Source: Cellulophaga phage phi3:1
Direction: 5' to 3' (one strand)
Length of the DNA: 32,000 nt
Sequence record: KC821630.1
Part shown: piece after piece, positions 18,312-25,527 of the stretch
Numbering within the stretch: the stretch's first letter is position 1
Layout: every line of letters begins with the position of its first letter
Program-made: the position numbers and the translations under genes
The notes under the pieces: generated by a model
The model's input: only the letters and a program-made list of their open reading frames with translations
Told to the model about the DNA's origin: nothing
The model's database searches: none

Positions 18312-19380
18312 TCACCATGATTGGAGACAATATTCCTGTTTTCTTTTTATGCTTGATGAATAAAAAGTTTCTAGAATCTAAATACAATTTAGGTGATTCG
18401 TTGAAAACTGAAAGTATTTCAATTAAATACTTGTAATTGAAACCAACAAGTTTTTTCTCGGTAAAACTAACATCCATCACTTCCTCAGCTCTAGTATTCA
18501 TTGCTTCATTAAAACTAGATATTTCCATTTCTTTTTTAGTTATATCTAGAGTCACTGAAGGGTTCTTGTCTTTAGCAGATAAAACTGAAACTCTTTTAAG
18601 TGCTGTTGAAAACTGATTTACGTCAAGCTTCAATTCAGTTGCTTGTTTTATAGTGTCAATTAAAGTTGAAAACATCTTAATCGGAAAAGTTCCTTTTTGT
18701 TGTATAACTATAATTTCAGTATTACTAAATTTAAAGTAAATTTTATCTGAATTATAACGCAATTGCAGCTCCTCAGAATCTTCTATTAATGCAAATAAAG
18801 CAGAAGAAGACTTATTACTTAAAAGTATGTCTTCGCTATCACCGCTTCCTTTAATCTTTTCAGAAAAAAGTCTATGCTTATCAGTAGCTCTTATCCATAT
18901 ACTGTCTGAAATAGAAATTGAAACATTTCCCATCGTATCCATTTGGTCGTCTAATAAAAATTTATTAGCAACTTTTAAGCTTGATTTAAATGTTTTGCAA
19001 TCTATAGTCGCTTTTTTATCAAACTTATTATTTTGAGGATTAGGAAACTCAATCACTTCGTATGTAGGTATTTTAAAATTACCTTTCTGGTGTGTCACGC
19101 TTAATGAATTTTTAAGAAACGCGACATTAACTTCAGTATCTGAAATAACTTTAATAGCACTTAGTAGCATTGAGAAGTCTACACATAAAGATACTTCTTT
19201 GACGCTTTTTAATTTAAACGAATTAGAGCACCTTACTTCAAGGTTATCACCTGTAGCTGTTAAGCTTTCTTTAGTGAAATCTAGCTTAACGGTTTGAAGT
19301 ATTGGAGTACTGTGGTTTTGATTGACTACAGACTGCAAAGGGCTTAAAATTGATAGAAATAATTTTGTATTAATTTTCAT
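18298..19380 (-). CDS. dnaN: DNA polymerase III beta subunit-like sliding clamp
   Basis: 360 aa; STPILQTVKLDF..ESLTATGDNLEVR N-terminus, IWIRATDKHRLF, and GFNYKYLIEIL...PIMVNE C-terminus fit the DnaN layout. Confidence 0.8.
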   Translation of the reverse strand: MKINTKLFLSILSPLQSVVNQNHSTPILQTVKLDFTKESLTATGDNLEVRCSNSFKLKSVKEVSLCVDFSMLLSAIKVISDTEVNVAFLKNSLSVTHQKGNFKIPTYEVIEFPNPQNNKFDKKATIDCKTFKSSLKVANKFLLDDQMDTMGNVSISISDSIWIRATDKHRLFSEKIKGSGDSEDILLSNKSSSALFALIEDSEELQLRYNSDKIYFKFSNTEIIVIQQKGTFPIKMFSTLIDTIKQATELKLDVNQFSTALKRVSVLSAKDKNPSVTLDITKKEMEISSFNEAMNTRAEEVMDVSFTEKKLVGFNYKYLIEILSVFNESPKLYLDSRNFLFIKHKKKTGILSPIMVNEKA

Positions 19381-19546
19381 TTTTCGCGAAGTTTTTACCG
19401 TTGTTTGTTTGCTTGTGATTTCTCAACCATTTAGAAGCTGTTTTAGCTGCTGTAATACCTGAAATCGTTTTAGCTTTACTATTGTTCATAGAGTCTTGAT
19501 CAGAGAAGTTTCTCATTGCTCTAGTTGCTTGGTTTTCATGTTCCAT
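19370..19546 (-). CDS. Small hypothetical protein (58 aa)
   Basis: MEHENQATRAMRNF...; TAATG overlap with the queE stop, GGAG just upstream; the listed 19618 start is less likely. Confidence 0.55.
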   Translation of the reverse strand: MEHENQATRAMRNFSDQDSMNNSKAKTISGITAAKTASKWLRNHKQTNNGKNFAKNEN

Positions 19547-20262
19547 TATACTCCTGTTTTTTGGTTCCAAATTACTATATGAAGTCTTTCGCTGTATCTT
19601 AATCCTAGATTTATACATTGCTCAACTACTATTTTTCTAGTTTCAGTAAGCTCATCTCTAGTAGCTCCTGCCGGCATCAATATTATGTCTTTTTGATTTA
19701 TAAAATCAAAATCATTAGCTATCTCAATTAAATCATCAGCATGAGATATCACGAATTTAAAAGTTGATATATTTCCTTTGTATTGCGACATTTTGTTGAG
19801 TGCTTCAACGTTAATTCTACGATGCTTGCTTTCGCCGGAATTACTTAGTTTAGGGCTGCAATTCCAATGCCTAATCCTCCATAACAACACGTCACTTGGA
19901 GTTATAGTTCCATTTGTTTCAATTTCAATTACAGGAAACAACTTTTTTTCTAATTGTAGCCATTCAAGAAACTTTTCAATCTTTGCCATATGTAGCAAGG
20001 GCTCGCCTCCTGTAATGACTAAATGAACTCTATGTGTCTTCAATCTTTCAATTTCAACATCAGTAAAAACAGCATCAAAACTGGTTTTAGTACCCTTTCT
20101 CCATACCTCGATTGAGTCACATATCCAGTTTGAAGATTTACATAATAAATTACAACCCGATAACCTTAAAAATATAGCAGGAATTCCTGTTGTGCGTCCT
20201 TCGCCTTGTATGCTTAGGAATTTTTCTGATACGTTTAAAAAATCTCTATCTTCCTTTTCCAT
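19546..20262 (-). CDS. queE: 7-carboxy-7-deazaguanine synthase
   Basis: Start MEKEDRDF at 20262; FLSIQGEGRTTGIPAIFLRLSGCNLLC...CDSIEVW, ITGGEPLLH, EIETNGT. Confidence 0.85.
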   Translation of the reverse strand: MEKEDRDFLNVSEKFLSIQGEGRTTGIPAIFLRLSGCNLLCKSSNWICDSIEVWRKGTKTSFDAVFTDVEIERLKTHRVHLVITGGEPLLHMAKIEKFLEWLQLEKKLFPVIEIETNGTITPSDVLLWRIRHWNCSPKLSNSGESKHRRINVEALNKMSQYKGNISTFKFVISHADDLIEIANDFDFINQKDIILMPAGATRDELTETRKIVVEQCINLGLRYSERLHIVIWNQKTGV

Positions 20263-20737
20263 AATATATTGCTGAATTTTTTTCGTTTTCAATACACTCG
20301 ACGCAAAGAATTTTTGCATCGTTATTTTTGCTAATATAACCTAATTTATTATTTAAGAAATGCCAAACAAATTCAGCGAAATACTCACAGCCAACTCTTT
20401 CAAGTATTCTTAAATCTAAAGCCTCTCTATCAAGTTCTTGTAAAGCTTGTCTTGACGGATCATCTATAGCTACTATAGTAGTGTGATCAAACATGTAAGA
20501 AAACCAATCTCTTATTGTCCAAGATCCAGTTTCATCTATCATGTTGGGTACTTTAGTTTTCAAGAATCCGAAATCCATCACCCAATTATTAGCGTCCAAC
20601 GTGCTACTCTCAAAAGTTACTTTAAATTTTAAAGAGTATCCGTGTAGAAGCCTACAGTGGGATTCAGCTCTAAATTGTCTGAAACACGCACTGAAGCCGT
20701 CTATCACTTTAGTTGATTGATACAACCCTCTATCCAT
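20246..20737 (-). CDS. queD: 6-carboxytetrahydropterin synthase
   Basis: FRAESHCRLLHGYSLKFKVTFES, NWVMDFGFLK, FDHTTIVA, CVECIENEKNSA. Confidence 0.8.
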   Translation of the reverse strand: MDRGLYQSTKVIDGFSACFRQFRAESHCRLLHGYSLKFKVTFESSTLDANNWVMDFGFLKTKVPNMIDETGSWTIRDWFSYMFDHTTIVAIDDPSRQALQELDREALDLRILERVGCEYFAEFVWHFLNNKLGYISKNNDAKILCVECIENEKNSAIYYGKGR

Positions 20738-21440
20738 TCTTGTTAACGTTTAAAGGATTATTCATTCTTTCTAAATGAAGAAAATCTTCATAACCTTTAA
20801 CTCTAAGCAAACAAGCTGGACAAGTTCCGCACCCTTTGCCTGACTCTAAGACTATATCTCTTACTCCATTGTAACAAGTATGAGATTCAGCTAAAACAGC
20901 TTCTAAGCAGTTCTCTTGCTTTGCTAACATAAAAGTTTCAGCTTTATTTAGATGCATTAATGGAGTATCAATTGCGATAGTTGACATAGAGCCTAAGTTA
21001 GTAACGCCTTGAAGTGCTGTAATGAATTCAAGTCTACAATCAGGGTAACCGCTGTAATCAGTTTGGCAAACTCCTGTTACTAGTGCTTGAGCTCCTATTT
21101 TTTGAGCGTAGGCATGTGAAAGAGTTATGAATAATTGATTTCTATTAGGAACGAATGAAGCTGGTAATCCTTTTTCATTTATCAGCTCTACATTTCCGTT
21201 AGAAGTTAGTGCTGATTCAACTAACGTATCTAGAAACGATATATCAATAACGGTTTGCTTAACTGAAGGAGCGTATTTTTCTAAAATGATTTTAGATTGC
21301 TCAATTTCAACGCTATGCTTTTGACCGTAATTAAAAGTTATAGCCTCAACTTCATCGTATCTGTTTAAAGCCCAGAATAGGCAGGTTGTAGAATCTTGTC
21401 CTCCTGAAAAGATTACCACCGCTTTTGTTGTTTTCTGCAT
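20730..21440 (-). CDS. queC: 7-cyano-7-deazaguanine (preQ0) synthase
   Basis: VVIFSGGQDSTTCLFWAL, FNYGQKH, PNRNQLF, TDYSGYPDCR, CYNG...GCGTCPACLLR. Confidence 0.92.
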   Translation of the reverse strand: MQKTTKAVVIFSGGQDSTTCLFWALNRYDEVEAITFNYGQKHSVEIEQSKIILEKYAPSVKQTVIDISFLDTLVESALTSNGNVELINEKGLPASFVPNRNQLFITLSHAYAQKIGAQALVTGVCQTDYSGYPDCRLEFITALQGVTNLGSMSTIAIDTPLMHLNKAETFMLAKQENCLEAVLAESHTCYNGVRDIVLESGKGCGTCPACLLRVKGYEDFLHLERMNNPLNVNKNG

Positions 21441-21449
21441 TGTTTTAAT

Positions 21450-21914
21450 TTAAAATAGATTAACACTTGTTTCAGGTACCTCTTTCTGGTACTTTTTAAA
21501 ATCGAACTTATTTAATAAAAGTAGTTCTTGAACTTCGTCGTACGAAAATACGGTAAATTTAGTGATTTCGTACTTACTTATTTTTTTATTTATGCGTTTT
21601 AACGCTTTAGCTATTTGAACATAGTTATTTTCAAAATAGAAATCAACTTGCAAGTATAGCAATTGACACTCAGCTTCAGTAAGATCTTTGAATACTTTAC
21701 ACCAAACGTAATTTATATCAAGATTCTTAAGTATTGAAAAAACAACCTTACCATCTACGACTTCGTAAGTACCATCTTTTTTTCTGTTAACAATTATACT
21801 CTTTAACTGTCCTTTTTCTGTGATTGACTTTTCAAGCTTCTTGAAATCATCAACGTTGATATTTTTGAAACTCCATTCAGGAATAACAATATCATTAATA
21901 TTTATTTGTTCCAT
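21450..21914 (-). CDS. ParB/sulfiredoxin-fold N-terminal domain protein
   Basis: LEKSITEKGQLKSIIVNRKKDGTYEVVDGKVVFSILKNL; C-terminus ...ETSVNLF. Confidence 0.65.
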   Translation of the reverse strand: MEQININDIVIPEWSFKNINVDDFKKLEKSITEKGQLKSIIVNRKKDGTYEVVDGKVVFSILKNLDINYVWCKVFKDLTEAECQLLYLQVDFYFENNYVQIAKALKRINKKISKYEITKFTVFSYDEVQELLLLNKFDFKKYQKEVPETSVNLF

Positions 21915-22624
21915 GTTGTGCCTCTATATTCCCAGATTTCTGTTATGTCTCTTTGAATTTTTAAAAATTCCTTAATTCTTTTTCTTAAATAGAACCAAAG
22001 CTTAGAATCTTCGTTCCAAAACTGCGTTCCGTTAATTTTACTCTTCTTAAAACTGATACTATCAACGCTATAGAAAGGAAACATCTTTAACCCGTCAAAG
22101 CTGCTATACCCTAGAGCGTGCGTTTTAACGTTGTCTTTCAATACATCGAATACTTCGCATAAGAATTTTCTTTTAACGTACTCATGCGTATCATTTGCTG
22201 GTGAAATACCTATGTAGTCAGATGTTTCAACAAACTTATGTAGCCATTTAATGTTATCGCCATAATGATAAACTGGCATAACATTTTTTAAGTGCTGCTT
22301 TAGATACAGATAATTTTCATACCCTTGCTCACAACATTTATCAATATCTTCTTGACTTGAGCCTGTTTCAGGGATGACATCAAGATTAATGTAAGTCCAT
22401 TCCTCGGGTAAACTTTTGCAGAATTCAAGGTATTCATCTATATCAATACTACCTCCTTTATTCCATACTGAGAAAGCTCCTGAATCAATAATAATTTCAT
22501 TGTAATCAGATATCATCTTAGGTGCTTCCTTTGCGTCAACAGCAAATGAGAGTAAGAAATTAGTAGCGCCTAACTCCTTAAGCATATCGTAAGCTCTAGC
22601 TGAAGAACTGAAAAAATATTTCAT
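21902..22624 (-). CDS. dpdA: DpdA-like DNA guanine transglycosylase (TGT paralogue)
   Basis: IIIDSGAFSVWNKG, YINLDVIPE, MPVYHYGDNIKWLHKFVETSDYIGISP, HALGYSSFDGLKMFPFYSVDSISF, located inside the que cluster. Confidence 0.75.
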   Translation of the reverse strand: MKYFFSSSARAYDMLKELGATNFLLSFAVDAKEAPKMISDYNEIIIDSGAFSVWNKGGSIDIDEYLEFCKSLPEEWTYINLDVIPETGSSQEDIDKCCEQGYENYLYLKQHLKNVMPVYHYGDNIKWLHKFVETSDYIGISPANDTHEYVKRKFLCEVFDVLKDNVKTHALGYSSFDGLKMFPFYSVDSISFKKSKINGTQFWNEDSKLWFYLRKRIKEFLKIQRDITEIWEYRGTTWNK

Positions 22625-22633
22625 ATTGTTGTT

Positions 22634-23287
22634 TTAAAATAAATTTACTTGATTATCTTTCTCCTCGTTAATTGTGAATACTTTTTGCTTTGGTATGGGT
22701 CTGTTCGTTTTCTTTAAAAAACTAACAACTTTTTCTAGAAGAGGTGCTTTCTTATTAAACTTTGAAACGATATCAAGAAGCTCTTGCAAAAGCTCAACAT
22801 CTCGTAAATATTTCTTTAAATTGAAATCTTTCATTTCACATAAAGCTCCACGTTCACCATCAATTCTCATCATTGCCCAACCCCTGCCAAACAGTTTATT
22901 CATCAAATAAGTCTTATCTTTTTTAACTAAGAACTTATTCAATTCAAATTCACAACTGAAAGGATTTGAAACGTGAATACCGCATCTACCATCTTCTTTG
23001 TTCAAGAATTCGCACTTTGAGTCAGGATTTTCAGTTTGGTAATTCGTGTAGACTGTAGCTCCGTTCACAATTCTTTTCTTAAATTTATGAACTAAGTGTG
23101 GATATGTTTCTTTAAACTTCTCCCAACGCTCTCCTTCAAAATAATCCAAGGAAAATTTAGGGCAACACCCGCCGCAATGTGACGGGCAAGAATAGTCCCT
23201 AAAAAACATTGGCGACAAAATCAATTGTTCGTTGTTGACTGCTTTAATGTAATCATCTATTTTATTTAAACTATCTCTTTGCGCCAT
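22634..23287 (-). CDS. Cys-rich YkgJ-like putative metal/Fe-S binding protein
   Basis: 217 aa; CPSHCGGCCPKF, KCEFL..EDGRCGIHVSNPFSCEFE, ALCEM; C-terminus ...NQVNLF. Confidence 0.6.
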   Translation of the reverse strand: MAQRDSLNKIDDYIKAVNNEQLILSPMFFRDYSCPSHCGGCCPKFSLDYFEGERWEKFKETYPHLVHKFKKRIVNGATVYTNYQTENPDSKCEFLNKEDGRCGIHVSNPFSCEFELNKFLVKKDKTYLMNKLFGRGWAMMRIDGERGALCEMKDFNLKKYLRDVELLQELLDIVSKFNKKAPLLEKVVSFLKKTNRPIPKQKVFTINEEKDNQVNLF

Positions 23288-23306
23288 GTTTTTTTGTTTT
23301 AACTGA

Positions 23307-23335
23307 ATTAATCAGCTGCAATGCAGCTGATTAAT
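23307..23335. repeat. 29-bp near-perfect palindrome in the queF-like/Cys-rich intergenic gap
   Basis: ATTAATCAGCTGCA (23307-23320) A TGCAGCTGATTAAT (23322-23335). Confidence 0.9.
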
Positions 23336-23339
23336 CTTA

Positions 23340-23741
23340 TTATAATTTGCCTTCTTGACAAGTTGTTGAGAAACCTCCTCTAACGTTGTATTTTGTTTTA
23401 ACAATGATAGCATCAGTTTCAAGGATTTTAGCTAAATCTTGGTAAATAGTTTTAGTACATCCTTCTTGGTAAAGTCCTACGTTTCTAAATGAAGTAAGGT
23501 AGTACTTTAAACTTTTCAACTCAATACATTTACCTCCTCTAGGTCTGTAAACGATTGTTAATTCAGCGATATCTGGTAGTCCGCTAAATGGACAAACCGC
23601 TGAAAACTCAGGAGTGAAAGTTTCAATTAATTGTTCCGAGGAATCAAAATCGAAAGTTTTTAGCTCTTGTGTCATGATTTTTTCTACGCCATCAAACGCG
23701 AAAACTTTGCCGCTGGCTTCTTGATTTACTGCTGGATCCAT
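23340..23741 (-). CDS. queF: QueF-like preQ0 reductase/nitrile-processing enzyme
   Basis: FSAVCPFSGLPDIAELTIVYRPRGGKCIELKSLKYYLTSFRNVGLYQEGC; Cys and Asp positions and E(L)KSLK(Y)Y motif present. Confidence 0.8.
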   Translation of the reverse strand: MDPAVNQEASGKVFAFDGVEKIMTQELKTFDFDSSEQLIETFTPEFSAVCPFSGLPDIAELTIVYRPRGGKCIELKSLKYYLTSFRNVGLYQEGCTKTIYQDLAKILETDAIIVKTKYNVRGGFSTTCQEGKL

Positions 23742-23742
23742 A

Positions 23743-24213
23743 CTATTTCTTTTTTATGTTTAAATAAGAGATTAATTTGTTTTTTTTCTTCCCGTCAACT
23801 ACAGTTGAGATACTAGCTCCAGGATATCCGTCTGAGAATTTTGAATGACTAACAATTAAGCCTTCAGTCTCTTTTTTAGTTTTGTAATCGATAAAAGTGA
23901 TTTTATCGCCTTTTTCAAAGTTTTTCTTAGCTTCTTCAATCTCCTTCATTTTTTTTACTTTGTAAGGATATTCGCCAGTAGCTACAGGAGCTTTCTTCTT
24001 AGCTTCTTTAGCTACTGGAGCTTCTTTCTTAGCTACTACAGCTTTCTTAGCTACTGGAGCTTTCTTAGCTACTACAGCTTTCTTCTTAGCTACTACAGCT
24101 TTCTTCTTAGCTACTACAGCTTCTTCTTTTTTCTCGCTTTCCATCTTTTTTGGATTTGAATTATTTGTATTCATTTTTACTATTTTTCCTTCTGATTTAT
24201 TCCAATTTGCCAT
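23743..24213 (-). CDS. Lys/Ala-rich (histone H1-like) repeat protein with C-terminal globular part
   Basis: AVVAKKK/APVAKK repeats followed by KGDKITFIDYKTKKETEGLIVSHSKFSDGYPGASISTVVDGKK. Confidence 0.7.
   Translation of the reverse strand: MANWNKSEGKIVKMNTNNSNPKKMESEKKEEAVVAKKKAVVAKKKAVVAKKAPVAKKAVVAKKEAPVAKEAKKKAPVATGEYPYKVKKMKEIEEAKKNFEKGDKITFIDYKTKKETEGLIVSHSKFSDGYPGASISTVVDGKKKNKLISYLNIKKK
23981..24128 (-). repeat. Interleaved 18/21-bp tandem repeats encoding (A-V/P-V-A-K-K-K)n
   Basis: Repeated GCTACTACAGCTTTCTTCTTA / GCTACTGGAGCTTTCTTA units on the + strand. Confidence 0.85.
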
Positions 24214-24230
24214 GATGTTTTTTTTGTTTT

Positions 24231-24290
24231 TTAATTGTTATCTACTCAGCAAATATACAAGAACATATTGGTTATGCAAAACTTTTTGCA
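24231..24290 (-). promoter_or_regulatory. Promoter/operator module (copy P4) upstream of the que/dpdA operon
   Basis: - strand TGCAAAAAGTTTTGCA (24275-24290) - 17 nt - TATATTTG (24250-24257) - CTGA - GTAGATAAC; 60-bp block identical to 31265-31324. Confidence 0.75.
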
Positions 24291-24302
24291 AAAAAAAGCA
24301 AA

Positions 24303-24488
24303 TTATTTTTCCTCAGGAAATGACTTGTAATACAAATCATCAGGAATCTCAAGCTCTTCAAGCTGTTCTCTAAACAAAACATCTTCTTTTTTAAAAGTCT
24401 TAATATCCCCTTCACAGTCTAGACAAAGGGTTTTTTTAGTTTCAAACAATAACTTTGCTTGAATTACAATTCCTTCACCTTGTTCCAT
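24303..24488 (-). CDS. Small hypothetical protein (61 aa)
   Basis: ORF overlapping the folE stop by one base; same operon. Confidence 0.5.
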   Translation of the reverse strand: MEQGEGIVIQAKLLFETKKTLCLDCEGDIKTFKKEDVLFREQLEELEIPDDLYYKSFPEEK

Positions 24489-25147
24489 TACTTAGTATTT
24501 AGAAACTCGTTTCTAGTTTCATGTTCGTTTCTAAACGCACCACTCAACTTTCTAGTTGTCGTCCAACAATTCTTATCTTCAATACCTCTAGCTTTTACAC
24601 AATGATGAATAGCACGTATTTCAACAGCTACATTTTCAGTTTGCAAAATAATACACAGAGCGGCATGGATTTGCAAAGTCAACCTTTCTTGCACTTGTGG
24701 TCGCTTACTAAAAAATCTAACAATTCTATTCATTTTAGAAAGTCCCAATACGGTGTTTCCAGGTATGTAAGCTACTTTCGCTTGTCCTTCAATGTTTTGA
24801 AAATGATGCTCACAGACACTACTCACATCTATGCCTCCTTCAATAACCATTTCATCAGCTCTCATCTTATTTTCAATTTGAGTACAAGAAGGAAAGTTGG
24901 CGTAGTCAAGTCCTTCAAATATTTCGTTGACGAACATCTTAGCGTATCTAGATGGAGTTTCTTTTAAGCTGTCATCATCAAGGTTTAAATTAAGAGCTTG
25001 CATTATTACTTGAAAGCTATCTGATATAACATTGATTTTTTCAGCTTGCGAGCTGATTAACTCAGTCTCACTGTGAAAAGGAGTTTCAATTCCTAATTCA
25101 ACAAGTCTTTGGTGGATGTGCTGTCCTAGCGTCGGATCTTTTTTCAT
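24488..25147 (-). CDS. folE: GTP cyclohydrolase I
   Basis: PSRYAKMFVNEIFEGLDY, SVCEHHF, AYIPGNTVLGLSKMNRIVRFFSKRPQVQERLT, CVKARG. Confidence 0.92.
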   Translation of the reverse strand: MKKDPTLGQHIHQRLVELGIETPFHSETELISSQAEKINVISDSFQVIMQALNLNLDDDSLKETPSRYAKMFVNEIFEGLDYANFPSCTQIENKMRADEMVIEGGIDVSSVCEHHFQNIEGQAKVAYIPGNTVLGLSKMNRIVRFFSKRPQVQERLTLQIHAALCIILQTENVAVEIRAIHHCVKARGIEDKNCWTTTRKLSGAFRNEHETRNEFLNTK

Positions 25148-25152
25148 AATGT

Positions 25153-25269
25153 TTATTCTGATAATTTGATATTTATTCTGTGAAATTGTTCATCTGTTAT
25201 TACGTGAATGTTTTTACATCTAATATAAAGCCATTCGTAAAATCTATTAAGCTCGTTGATGTTTTCCAT
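25153..25269 (-). CDS. Small ORF (38 aa) upstream of folE
   Basis: MENINELNRFYEWLYIRCKNIHVITDEQFHRINIKLSE; fills the gap between two other ORFs. Confidence 0.3.
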   Translation of the reverse strand: MENINELNRFYEWLYIRCKNIHVITDEQFHRINIKLSE

Positions 25270-25281
25270 AATTGCAAATTA

Positions 25282-25437
25282 TTAACCTACGATATTCAAC
25301 ATAAGACTTTCAGTTCTCCCACAAGCCTTATAATATATAACTTCTTTTTTAGTATCTGATATATCATTTACTAAATCATAAATACCTAAATTTAAAGCTT
25401 CTAGTAAATTACTGTTTGATATTGTATGTGATTGCAT
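25282..25437 (-). CDS. Small ORF (51 aa), first gene after promoter P5
   Basis: MQSHTISNSNLLEALNLGIYDLVNDISDTKKEVIYYKACGRTESLMLNIVG; starts 32 nt after the -7 box. Confidence 0.45.
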   Translation of the reverse strand: MQSHTISNSNLLEALNLGIYDLVNDISDTKKEVIYYKACGRTESLMLNIVG

Positions 25438-25449
25438 AATATTGTTTTT

Positions 25450-25509
25450 TTAATTGTTATCTACTCAGCAAATATATGAAAACATATTGGTTATGCAAAA
25501 CTTTTTGCA
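25450..25509 (-). promoter_or_regulatory. Promoter/operator module (copy P5) upstream of the folE operon
   Basis: - strand TGCAAAAAGTTTTGCA (25494-25509) - 17 nt - TATATTTG (25469-25476) - CTGA - GTAGATAAC. Confidence 0.75.
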
Positions 25510-25527
25510 AAAAAAAAGCAAATTATT

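Noticed and set aside
20300-20320. Imperfect palindrome GACGCAAAGAATTTTTGCATC resembling the early operator
   Set aside because: Lies inside the queD coding sequence, has a 5-nt spacer and no TATATTTG at 17-18 nt; may be chance in AT-rich DNA.
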